DNA of 64,000 nucleotides, taken from assembly GCA_009602735.1 (NCBI GenBank), contig WELA01001035.1, forward strand, positions 13,498-77,497. The letters run 5' to 3'. The stretch is from Mesotaenium endlicherianum (lineage: Eukaryota). Positions 1 through 9,684 of the stretch are shown here, one piece after another; within the stretch, counting starts at the first letter, position 1, and every line of letters begins with the position of its first letter. Under the pieces are notes generated by a model. It did not search any database and was not told the DNA's origin. It was given only the letters and a program-made list of their open reading frames with translations. A program made the position numbers and the translations under genes.

Positions 1-750
1 ACCACCTGCACCGGTTTGCTGGGATCATACACGGCTAGCACTGGGGCAGAACAAAGGGCATCTTTAAAGGTCTGGAAGGCAGCCTGCTGCTCTTCCCCCC
101 ACACATACCCTATGTCTTTCTTAGTAAGGTCAGTCAGTTTACTGGCCTTTGTGGAATAATTCTCAATAAATCTCCTATAGTATTTAGCCAACCTGAGGAA
201 GGATCTAACTTCAGAGACAGACTGTGGTACTGGCCAGTCCCTTATGGTCTGGACTTTCTTAGGGTCCACACTGATGCCCTCTTTACTGACAACGTGGCCT
301 AAGAATTCAATACTTTCCTTAAAAAAATCACACTTGCTCATTTTAGCATATAACTGATTTCTTCTCGGAATGTCCATGATTGTCTTTAAGTGTTCAGCGT
401 GCTGAGTCTCATCTTTATATAAAATTAAAATATCATCCAGGAAAACTTGCACAAACTTATCCAAATAAGGTGTGAAAATGTCATTCGTAGCACCCATGAA
501 GGTCGCAGGAGCATTAGTCAGTCCAAATGGCATCACGTTGAACTCATAGTGTCCATAACGTGTGCGGAAGGCGGTCTTGTGTTCATCCCCCTCAGCAACT
601 CTGATTTGATGATAACCACTCTTGACATCTATCTTAGTGAACACCTTAGCACCAGACAGGGTATCAAGCAAGTCCCCGATTCTGGGTAAAGCATACTTGT
701 TCTTTACTGTAATTCTGTTCAGGGCTCTATAATCCACACACATCCGCAAG
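1..750 (-). pseudogene. pol: Ty3/gypsy family A reverse transcriptase fragment, inverted relative to the neighbouring copy; runs off the left edge
   Basis: Manual minus-strand translation gives [22 protein letters not shown]...GYHQIR...[12 protein letters not shown]...VFLDDILI...[18 protein letters not shown]. It is closely similar to 751-1430 on the plus strand. Confidence 0.85.
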
Positions 751-3353
751 GAATCAAGGACTTGCTTTAAACCTTGTTTGGTGCTAAGGTGTTCAGTAAG
801 ATAGATCTCAAGAGTGGTTATCATCAAATCAGAATTGTTGAGGAAGATGAACACAAGACGGCCTTCCGCACACGTTATGGACACTATGAGTTCAACGTGA
901 TGCCATTAGGACAGACTAATACTCCTGCGACCTTCATGGGTGCTATGAATGACATTTTCAGACCTTATTTGGATAAGTTTGTGCAAGTTTTCCTGGATGA
1001 TATTTTAATTTTCTCTAAAGATGGAGCTCAGCACACTGAACATTTAAAGACAGTCATGGACACTCTGAGAAAAAATCACTTATATGCTAAAATGAGCAAG
1101 TGTGATTTTCTTTAAAGTATTGAATTCTTAGGCCACGCTGTCAGTAAAGAAGGCATCAGTGTGGATCCTAAGAAAGTCCAGACCATAGGGGACTGGCCTG
1201 TACCACAGTCCGTCTCTGAAGTTAGATCCTTCCTCAGGTTGGCTAACTACTATAGGAGATTTATTGAGAATTATTCTACAAAGGCCAGTAAATCGACTGA
1301 CCTTACTAAGAAAGACTTAAGGTATGTGTGGGGGGAAGAGCAGCAGGCTGCCTTCCAGACCCTTAAAGATGCTCTTTGTTCTACCCCGGTGCTAGCCGTG
1401 TATGACCCCAGCAAATCGGTGCAAGCGGTCACTGATGCCTTTGACTTTGCCATGGGTGCTATTTTGTTGCAGCCTGTAGTGAAACAGATAGATAAAGTAC
1501 TTAGTGAAATATAATACTTTGAACACAAGTGTTAGCTTCTTGAAAGGAGAGATGGCTTCTTGAAAGTTAATATATTTTTGGATTTTGGCAAGTACAAGAG
1601 TGGTTTTGGAATGTCTTTCTATGTTCTAGCTCTTGTTACATAAGTAATTTTTAGGAAGGTGTATGTTGATGTGTTGGCACCCAACACATCCCAAAGCTTG
1701 CCACCTCTTTCTAGAATAATGTACATGTCCTTTTGACCTAAAAATGGCACATTTGACTTTTGCCACGTGGAGTTCTTCTAGGTCTTTTCTCTAACTTTGA
1801 AAATGCCTTAGAAGGTTCAAAGGACATGAACCAAGTCACTAGAGTACCTATTCACACTTGAATCCACACAATACCACTCAAATATATTTGAAAACATTTA
1901 AATATATAAAACTAATATATAATAACTCAAATCACTACACAGCCTGCTGACAAAATCACAAAGGATGGTAAGGTACGGCAGGAGTGACATCCTGTGTTGT
2001 ATGAGTCTATGAAATTTAATCCAGCGGAAATTAATTACTCAGTGCATGATAAAAGCTGCTAGGTGAAATAGTCCTTCCTTGAACAACTTAGGAAAGCTTA
2101 CCTTTCTGACCCAACATTTGAGCCCAGCCCCACTACTGGTGCGTGTCGTGCTACTGCATTCAGGTATAAGCATAAGGGAGGGGTTTGGGTGACTGAAATC
2201 ACTTCAGGCAGGCCGAAGCTGGTCATTCATAAAAACTTGGAAATAAGGTCCCTTTTATTGAGTCAAGCACATGATAGTTTGCTGGGTGGGCATTTGGGGC
2301 AGGCCAAAACTGTTGGCAAACTGGCAAAACATTATCATTGGGAGGGATTACCTCGGGAGGACTTGAAATACGTTAAATCCAGTGACCAGTGTCAAAAGAA
2401 CAAGTCTAGGCACACACCACCAGGTGGCCTCTTACAACCGCTGCCCATCCCAGCTGGCCGCTGGGAAACACTATCCATGAACTGGGTGGTCACACTGCCA
2501 ATGGGCATGATTCGATACTGGTAGTTGTGGATAAACTGATGGGCAGACTGAAAGAACTAACAGAGTTCTGCAAGAGGTGCTGCGAGCGTATATTAACCAA
2601 AAACAAGATAATTGGGATGACCTGTTACCTCAAATCCAGTTTGCGGTCAACAGTGCGGTGCACGCGTCAACGGGCAAGACTCCTTTTGAACTAAGCCTGG
2701 GTAGAGTCCCTAAGTCTCCTTTAGATGTCTTAGGGGAGTCCTTAACTCACCCTGCAAGGATTGACAATCCAATCTCCCTCCAGTTAACTCAAGAGTTTTA
2801 TGACACCCTGTCAGAAGTCCAGCAGAACCTGCACAAAGCCCAAGAAAACCAACAAAAGTACGCTAATCAGCACTGTCGAGAACTGACCTTTTCTAAAGGC
2901 GATTTGGTCAAACTGCATTCTCAGCACCTGTACCTCCCTGGTGTGGTCAAGAAAGAGCTTGGCCCTGTCTGGGTCGGCCCATATTCGGTGGTGCGCCGTG
3001 TCGGTCAAAATGCTTACAAACTGAACATGTCAGCCAAATACAAGGGTCATCCGATCTTTAATGTCTCCTTCCTGGAACCATACATCAAAGGTGATACACT
3101 GTTTACAGGTCGGTTACCTGTCCAACCGGGACCGGTCCCCGCTGTCCGAGACGCCGACCCTGAGGAATATGAGATTGAGGAGATTTTAGACGCGCGCTCA
3201 ATCCGTCAATCATCTAAATATGTCACGAAGGACCTTATTCGATGGAAGGGTTACGATGCCTCTGGGGACACTTGGGAATTTAAAGATCATTTGACTAATG
3301 CCAAAGGGGCGTTGAAACGGTTCTACCTTCGGGCGGTTGGAGCACCTTCCTAA
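751..3353 (+). pseudogene. pol: Degenerate pol (RT, RNase H, integrase, chromodomain) of A1
   Basis: ORFs 774-1115 (VFLDD), 1161-1514, 2189-2524 (zinc-finger region HDSLLGGHLG) and 2577-3353 (GPY motif; chromodomain EYEIEEILDAR...RWKGY...DTWE). Frameshifts and internal deletions relative to A2. Confidence 0.9.
1475..1939. mobile_element. Solo LTR of family C
   Basis: TGTAGTGA...TCACTACA termini and a perfect 5-bp TSD CAGCC (1470-1474, 1940-1944). Homologous to 33170-33689 and 42824-43325. Confidence 0.93.
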
Positions 3354-3621
3354 CAATCATTTCAGTTGACACGGGAAGGTGACAGGAGTTGGAAGGGGAA
3401 ATACATGACAATTAGTGTGCGAGAGCGAGGAAGGGACAGTTATGTGAACCCTAAGTCATACGTTTATGTCTAGCGCACCGCAACTACGTCAACTCCTAGC
3501 AATCACCCTGTAAGGTAAACAGGAACGAATATACCATACTAATTCAAACTTACTCCCTTCCTGCAACTCCTATGACAAAGGTCGATATCCTACTAACTTG
3601 TGCCCTGGTTACATGTGCAGA

Positions 3622-4626
3622 ATGGCTCCCACCACACAAAAAGAGGACAGAAAGCGCAAGGCAGAAGAAGTCAGGAGGACAATGGAGCAATACCAGAAGG
3701 AGTTGGTGGCAACGTCCCTCACCAGAAGAGAACAAGAAAGGGTCCGCAAACAACAAGAGGCGACAGAAGAAGCACAGAGGAAGAAGGATCAGGAAGCGGA
3801 AAACCTCAGGAAAGCTGAGGAGGAGAGACAGAAGAAACAACAAGAAGAAGCGGCAGCGGCAGAGGAGGAGAGAAGGAAAAAGGCTGAAGCGGACAGGCAG
3901 AAGAGCTTGGCCACTTACAGGTATACTGTGGTGGATGGCCAAAACTTTGATAACCTGAAGAAAGCATTGCTGGCAGCCCACGAGATCAACAAGCTGGAAC
4001 AGACAACACTGCTACAGAAAGAAGGAGCTGCAGCACTGGATAGGTACATTGAGACACACACTGGTGTGGTCCTCTACGAAGATTATGCCAAGATGGTGGG
4101 CTATGCAGCAGAGCAGGCCCGGTACCTTGCAGATGATTCAGAGAACAAGCCGGTCCCAATATCGGGAATAGTGGGAGATCAGAGACTCATCAGGATGGTG
4201 AGCATGCGGCCCGATAGCTTTAAGGATGCGGTATTCTACCTCACACTATTGCCAGCTTACAATGAAGTTGAGAGAAGGAGCTGGGAGTACTTGGCCAGGG
4301 AAGCANAAGGAGGCAGGACAGCAGATGTTCTCTCCCCATTGGTTCCCATGTAAATTGAGAAAGGCTGAGCATGGATCCCAATATTACCAGAAGCCAACAG
4401 ACTGGAGGTGGATGACCGTCACAAACAAAAAGCAGGAGTGTGACCGAGCCCAACCAGACGATTTCCACTATGGCCTAGACGGCTACCTCATCCTACCACC
4501 TCACATTGCCCCTTGGGACCCCAGGCTGAATGGCTGCCTGAGCAATATGAATGCAGAGACCAAAGAGCACAGGAGGAGGGGGTCTGAGGGAAAGCATGCC
4601 TTTGTCAAATGGGCAAAGCATGCAAG
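3622..4626 (+). CDS. Accessory ORF of family A (coiled-coil N-terminus plus unknown globular domain), 5' part
   Basis: ORFs 3598-4353 and 4226-4639 are joined at the N at 4306. Homologous to 23561-24428 plus 30298 onward (YNEVERRSWE, TDWRWMT, PPHIAxWDPRLNG, GKHAxxKWA). Confidence 0.7.
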
Positions 4627-4772
4627 TGTCGTGCGTTAAGAGATCGGGTGCGCCTTGTAGGCATAAGCAGCACACAATAGACAAGCAGGCTTTGCTGCAA
4701 TGAAGTCTATAAAATGGCTTTATAGCCAAAGAGGGAGTCAAGCGTCAAATGTTTTAATTCCCCCCCCAGCTC

Positions 4773-5618
4773 TCAGCCTCTAGCTGATGGGCTGTGTACG
4801 CTGCCTAAGGCTAGCTCAGAGCAGTCTTTGCAGAACCAGTCGTCAGCGGGCACGCGGGCCAGCGGCGGGTCGAGGCAGCCGATGTGGAAGCCGAGGTTGC
4901 AGCTGTCGCAAAGCAGCATCTTGGCCTCCTGGCCAGGGCTGTGACAGATCTGGCACGCCCAGTCCTTGGGCGGCCGCGCGTCGCGGGGACGGACCTGCAA
5001 GTCCAGGTTAGGAAGATGGCACGGCCCACAGTTCTTCGTGTGGTCCCTGTGAAGACGGCCATCTGCGCCTTCCAGCTCCAGGACGCCTGACGCCAAGGCA
5101 CGCTTGACGCGCAGGATGACCGGCGAGCTGCTGGTGTCGAGGGTGTTCTTCGTCTGGCGTCGCAGGTACACAAAGTCGCCTGCGGAAAACTGCAACACCC
5201 ACGGATGATAGGCTCCTCCACGAGTCATGGCGTACCTCAGTGTGTCGCGATGTTGTGCGATGCTGAGGTTATCCATGGCCATGGGCATCAGGCGCCGAAA
5301 GAGCTGAGCACGTTGCCCGATAAGAGCACTCCATGTGTCGGGACTGTCCAAGTCCAAGACGTTCTCGGCCACCGTTCTGGCTGCTGCTGGCAGGATGGGC
5401 TGTCGGCCGTAGAGAAGGAAGTAGGGAGAGTGCGAGGCCAGGGAGGCCTGCTTACTGAACCTGTACCCCATCGCCAGCCAAGGGAGGGCGTCGTCCCAGT
5501 AGGTACGGTCGTGGGCAAGGCAGTACTTCTGCAGCCCTAGCTTGACGGTCTGCACCATGCGCTCGGCGAGGCCGTCAGCCTGAGGATGATCGCGGGAGGT
5601 GGTGCAGTGGTCGATCAT
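4773..5618 (-). CDS. Integrase C-terminal half with terminal PHD finger (4821-4955)
   Basis: HPQADGLAERMVQTVK integrase motif; C4HC3 pattern CQIC...LLCDSC...FHIGC...WFCKDC. Confidence 0.9.
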   Translation of the reverse strand: MIDHCTTSRDHPQADGLAERMVQTVKLGLQKYCLAHDRTYWDDALPWLAMGYRFSKQASLASHSPYFLLYGRQPILPAAARTVAENVLDLDSPDTWSALIGQRAQLFRRLMPMAMDNLSIAQHRDTLRYAMTRGGAYHPWVLQFSAGDFVYLRRQTKNTLDTSSSPVILRVKRALASGVLELEGADGRLHRDHTKNCGPCHLPNLDLQVRPRDARPPKDWACQICHSPGQEAKMLLCDSCNLGFHIGCLDPPLARVPADDWFCKDCSELALGSVHSPSARG

Positions 5619-5626
5619 AGAGCGCT

Positions 5627-8338
5627 CTACTCCTTGCCCTGGTCGGTCAGCACCTCAGCGCAGCCGCCAAAGCGGCTAAGGACCTGATTGAGGAAGGCCT
5701 GCGCGATCCCCTCACTGGCCTTGCTGGGCAAGGGCACGAGCTCGATCCACTTGGACATGTGCTCAATCATCACCAAGACGTAGAGGTTGCCCTGGCGGGA
5801 CTTGGGCAGCTCTCCAGCCAAGTCAAGCAACCACCTGTAGAACAGCCCCTGAATAGGAAGAGGGCTGAGGGCAACGGTGCGCGCTGTGAAGCTCGAGCGC
5901 ACACGGTCGCAGAGAGTGCAGCTGCTGACGACAGCGGCGACGACCTTAGTCATGCCGTGCCACCAGTACTCGGCCTGAAGAAGACTGAGGGTGCGCTTGA
6001 CACCGAAGTGCCCGAGGGACTCGTGCACTCGGCGCACCAGCTGACTGCGTATGGGAGGCTCAGGGACCACCAGGATGGAGCCGTCCGCCATCACGCGCCT
6101 CACGTGCCCCTCCATGAAAATGAAGTCGCGGCTGCGTCTGAGGATGCGGTCGCGCTCGCGTGCGCTGACATCGGATGCCAAATCCTTGGCCGTGACGTAC
6201 TGCAGTACTGGGGCGTCGTCCCACACGTCCTCGGGACCGCGCTGCCAGCTGTCCTGGTCCTCTGCCGCTGCCAGGGCCAATCGCCGAGTGGTGACGGTGA
6301 CCTTGTCCAGGCTAGTGAGCCTTGCGGGTCGTACATCGCCGTCCACGGTGAAGGCCAGGAAGGCCGCCGCATGCCAGGCTACCGGCTCATCCTCATCGTG
6401 GTGAGCCACAGTGAGATCCCTCGAGGAGGGCAGCGGGTTACGGCTGAGACCGTCAGCGTCCAGGTTGGTCGAGCCTGGACGGTGGTGCACGTCGAAGGTG
6501 TACTCCTGCAAGATAAGCGCCCACCGTGCGTACTTGCCGGTCAAGCGCTCCGACATCATGAGCCACTTAAGTGGCTGATGGTCGGTGACCAGGCTGAAGT
6601 GCGTGCCGTCGAGATAGTGCCTGAAGTGCACGATTGCCCAGACTGCTGCCAGGCACTCCCCCTCGTAGGAGCCATAGTTGCCTTCCGCGCGGTTGTTGCT
6701 GCGGCTGGCGTAGGCCACCACATGCTCGAAGCCGTCATGCTCCTGCACCAGCACAGCGCCCAGCCCTGCCTGCGACCAGTCGGTGTGGAGGATGAAGGGC
6801 TTCGCGTAGTCAGGACGACAAAGCACAGGAGCGCTCACCAGCAGCTCCTTGAGCTTATCGAATGCTGCCTGCTGCTCTGGTCCCCATACGTAGGCAACGC
6901 CCTTGCGGAGCAAATCGTTGAGCGGCTTGGCTAGCTCACTGAATCCTGGCACGAAGCGGCGGTAGTAGTTGGCGATGCCGAGGAAGGCCCGTAGCTGCGC
7001 AAGATCTGTAGGAGGTGGGATGCCTGTGATGGCCGAGATCTTCGCCAGCTGGGGTGCCAAGCCGCTGGAGGAGAGCAGGTGGCCAAGGTACTCCACCTCG
7101 CGGGTCCCAAAGGTGCACTTGCCTGGGTGGCACTTGAGCCCAGCGGCCTCCAAGCGGTCCAGGACGGTAGTGATGTGCACCACGTGCTCCTCAAACGTCT
7201 GACTGAAGACAAGCACGTCATCGATGTAGCATCGGGCAAAGGACAGCCCAACCAACTCCTTATCCATCACCCTCTGAAAGGTAGCTGGCGCGTTCTTCAA
7301 CCCGAACGGCATCACCACCCACTCGTAGAGCCGCTGTGCTCCCCAGAACGCCGTCTTATGCTGGTCCTCCTCGGCGATGGGAATCTGGTTGAAGCCCTGA
7401 CGCAGATCCAGCACTGAGAACCAAGTGCACATGCCAATGTCGTCAAAGATCTCGTCAGGCGTCGGCATAGGGTATCTGTCCTGCTCGGTGACCTCGTTCA
7501 GCCTACGATAGTCACTGCACATCCTCTTCTCGGACCAGTTGCCCGAGGCATCCTTCTTGGCTGGCATGACCGTGGGTGCGGCATAACGAGAGGAGGACTC
7601 CCAAATGAGCCGGTTGTCCTCCAGCTTGCCTGTCTGCGCGCTGATCAAGCCATCCTCGAAGTGGCTGTAGCGATAACGCTTCAGGAAAATGGGCTCCTGC
7701 AACGTGAGAGTAATCCGCATGGGGTCCCCCCGATAGCGCCCGAGATCGTGCATGCCGCTGGCAAAGCTGGTGCGACGCCTCTCGTCCAGCAGTGCCGTCA
7801 ACTGTGCAGCCTCTGCCGTGGTGAGTGTCCCCCCCAGCTTCCATGTCGGTGGAGCTGGTGGCGTCGCCTGGCCTGCTGGAGTCTCCTGTCTTGCCGCTGG
7901 GGTAGACTCTGGTGCTGCAGGTGTCACTTGCCCTGCAGCGGCTGGCGCTCGGCCTGCCGCGGGTACCTGCACTGTGGCAGTTGCGACCGGCTGCCTGGCA
8001 CCATCTGCCTGCGAGCGATCGTCTGCCTGCAAGCGAGGAAAAAGAAAAGGTGAGTGGGACTCCCTGGGTTGCTGTGAGGACTCCTCTCTCCGCCGGGACT
8101 CCCTGGGTCGCTGTGAGGACTCCTCTCTCCGCCGGCCCCCCCCCAGCAAACCAGAGTCCTCCCCGCGCGGCGGCGGAGAGGGGGGGCGGGTGCGCGCTTG
8201 CGGTGCAGGCCCTGCACGTCGATGATGCCACGTCGTGCCGGGCGGGGCCTGATTGTTATCATCGGTGGAGTCATCGTCCATATCATCGGCAGGCCGAGGG
8301 AGCTCGGGATGCCGGGCTGCGGCGTAGAGAGGCGCCAA
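5627..8338 (-). CDS. pol: Linker, reverse transcriptase, RNase H and integrase N-terminal half of element X
   Basis: RMCSDYRRLN, LDLRQGFNQI, MPFGLKNAPATFQR, YIDD, LHTDWS, TDHQPL, HESLGH...CTLC, LDLAG, TDQG. Confidence 0.95.
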   Translation of the reverse strand: MAPLYAAARHPELPRPADDMDDDSTDDNNQAPPGTTWHHRRAGPAPQARTRPPSPPPRGEDSGLLGGGRRREESSQRPRESRRREESSQQPRESHSPFLFPRLQADDRSQADGARQPVATATVQVPAAGRAPAAAGQVTPAAPESTPAARQETPAGQATPPAPPTWKLGGTLTTAEAAQLTALLDERRRTSFASGMHDLGRYRGDPMRITLTLQEPIFLKRYRYSHFEDGLISAQTGKLEDNRLIWESSSRYAAPTVMPAKKDASGNWSEKRMCSDYRRLNEVTEQDRYPMPTPDEIFDDIGMCTWFSVLDLRQGFNQIPIAEEDQHKTAFWGAQRLYEWVVMPFGLKNAPATFQRVMDKELVGLSFARCYIDDVLVFSQTFEEHVVHITTVLDRLEAAGLKCHPGKCTFGTREVEYLGHLLSSSGLAPQLAKISAITGIPPPTDLAQLRAFLGIANYYRRFVPGFSELAKPLNDLLRKGVAYVWGPEQQAAFDKLKELLVSAPVLCRPDYAKPFILHTDWSQAGLGAVLVQEHDGFEHVVAYASRSNNRAEGNYGSYEGECLAAVWAIVHFRHYLDGTHFSLVTDHQPLKWLMMSERLTGKYARWALILQEYTFDVHHRPGSTNLDADGLSRNPLPSSRDLTVAHHDEDEPVAWHAAAFLAFTVDGDVRPARLTSLDKVTVTTRRLALAAAEDQDSWQRGPEDVWDDAPVLQYVTAKDLASDVSARERDRILRRSRDFIFMEGHVRRVMADGSILVVPEPPIRSQLVRRVHESLGHFGVKRTLSLLQAEYWWHGMTKVVAAVVSSCTLCDRVRSSFTARTVALSPLPIQGLFYRWLLDLAGELPKSRQGNLYVLVMIEHMSKWIELVPLPSKASEGIAQAFLNQVLSRFGGCAEVLTDQGKE

Positions 8339-8359
8339 GGCTTGCGTCTGCAGCAGAAT

Positions 8360-9305
8360 CCATGTGAGGACGTTGGCGTCGATGGCCTACCCCAAGAGGC
8401 GAATGCGGTTCACCTCAGTGAGACCGTCCACCTGCGTGAGATGCGGCGGAAAGCCCATGGCACGCTCCATCTCTGCAGGGCGTGGCCTGTCAAACATGCC
8501 AGTCTCCAGGTCGATGACCATCCCTCGCTGATCTCCGACGAAGGCGTCGCTGTCATAGCGGCTGACAAAAGTCGGCAGCGCGCGAGTGACGTCATGCAGG
8601 ACCTCACACTGCGCCATGGAGGGATGTGGCAGCGCCGTCACGCGCTGGGCCAGACGAGGGGCATCGAGGATGGAGTCGACGGTGCGTGTGTGACGTGGAT
8701 GAGAGGCGGCCAACGCCTCGAGAGTACCTGGCATCGCCAAGTTTGTGAAGTAGGCGCGGACGCGGTGCGCGAAGGAACCAATCTGGGCAGCGTCGATGAC
8801 GGCCTCGCGGCCAACGTAGCTGCTGCAAAGAGCGAAGTCGGCGCTAACATCGGGACGGCGATCGTGGCGTGCGGCCATGTTCTCCAGGACCCACGCGAGT
8901 GTGTGTGGCGGCTGGCGCTCCTCAACAATGTTGAGGACGCGGAGCAAGTGCCAAAAGAGGGCCGTGCGGGGATCGCTGAGCGCCCTGCCACGCCCGGCTC
9001 TGGAGAAGCCCTGGCACTCCCAGCCGGCGATGACGAGATCAACGGGCCCAAGTCGGGTGACATGCTCGACGGTGATGTCGCGGATGTCCATGGGCTAGTC
9101 TGTCTGAGCGCGGCGGAATGCGTGCGCGGGAAGGAGGTCAAGGAATCGCTCGTGGCCCAACGCCATCTGTCGACGGGCCACCTGCTGGGCCTGTGGATCG
9201 GGATCGACGTAGACGTAGCGGCGCACCGTGATGCCGGCCTGTAAGGTCGCGAGTAACCCGGTGGCGATGCCCGCAAAGAGCTCGACGAGGACGATGCCGC
9301 CAGGT
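8360..9305 (-). pseudogene. DNMT3-like C5 cytosine DNA methyltransferase domain embedded in pol (two in-frame TAG stops)
   Basis: Ordered motifs: I VELFAGIATG, III DIRDIT, IV GPVDLVIAGWECQGFS, VI WVLENM, VIII AHRVRAYFTNL, IX EMERAMGFPPHLT, X RIRLLG*AID. Stops at 9095-9097 and 8387-8389. Same frame as the RT ORF. Confidence 0.92.
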
Positions 9306-9684
9306 CGCTCGTCCAGAGCGTCTGCGCAGATAGGAGTCGGAAGTGGGCGACACCCCACGGCAGAGGTGCCGGGCTGAGCGGGCGGTGAGAAGGTACGCTT
9401 GGCGCTGTGCTGATGTGGCGCCATGCGGAGGGCGGCCACAGCATGGTCTGTGTAGTCACGCGTAAGGTTGGGGATGCGGTCAGTGAGCGGCTGCGGTCGC
9501 TCTCCCCGTGCGTGGTCCTGGTAGGTGCGCCACCGCAGGCGCGCATCCTGCAGGGCTGTGGGAGAGACAGCGCGGGCCTGACGTCGGGCCGAGGCCACGC
9601 ACAGCTGCTGCCACCTGTCGCGCTGGGCGCGGTCAGTCTGGTGCGAGGCCGCGTGGGCCAGCTGGTCGAGAACGGGACGCTGAG

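Noticed and set aside
8387..9097. Two in-frame TAG codons in the DNMT as programmed readthrough or a recoded genetic code
   Set aside because: The same copy also has frameshifting deletions (protease motif, integrase). TAG also terminates the PP2C fragment. Decay is the simpler explanation.
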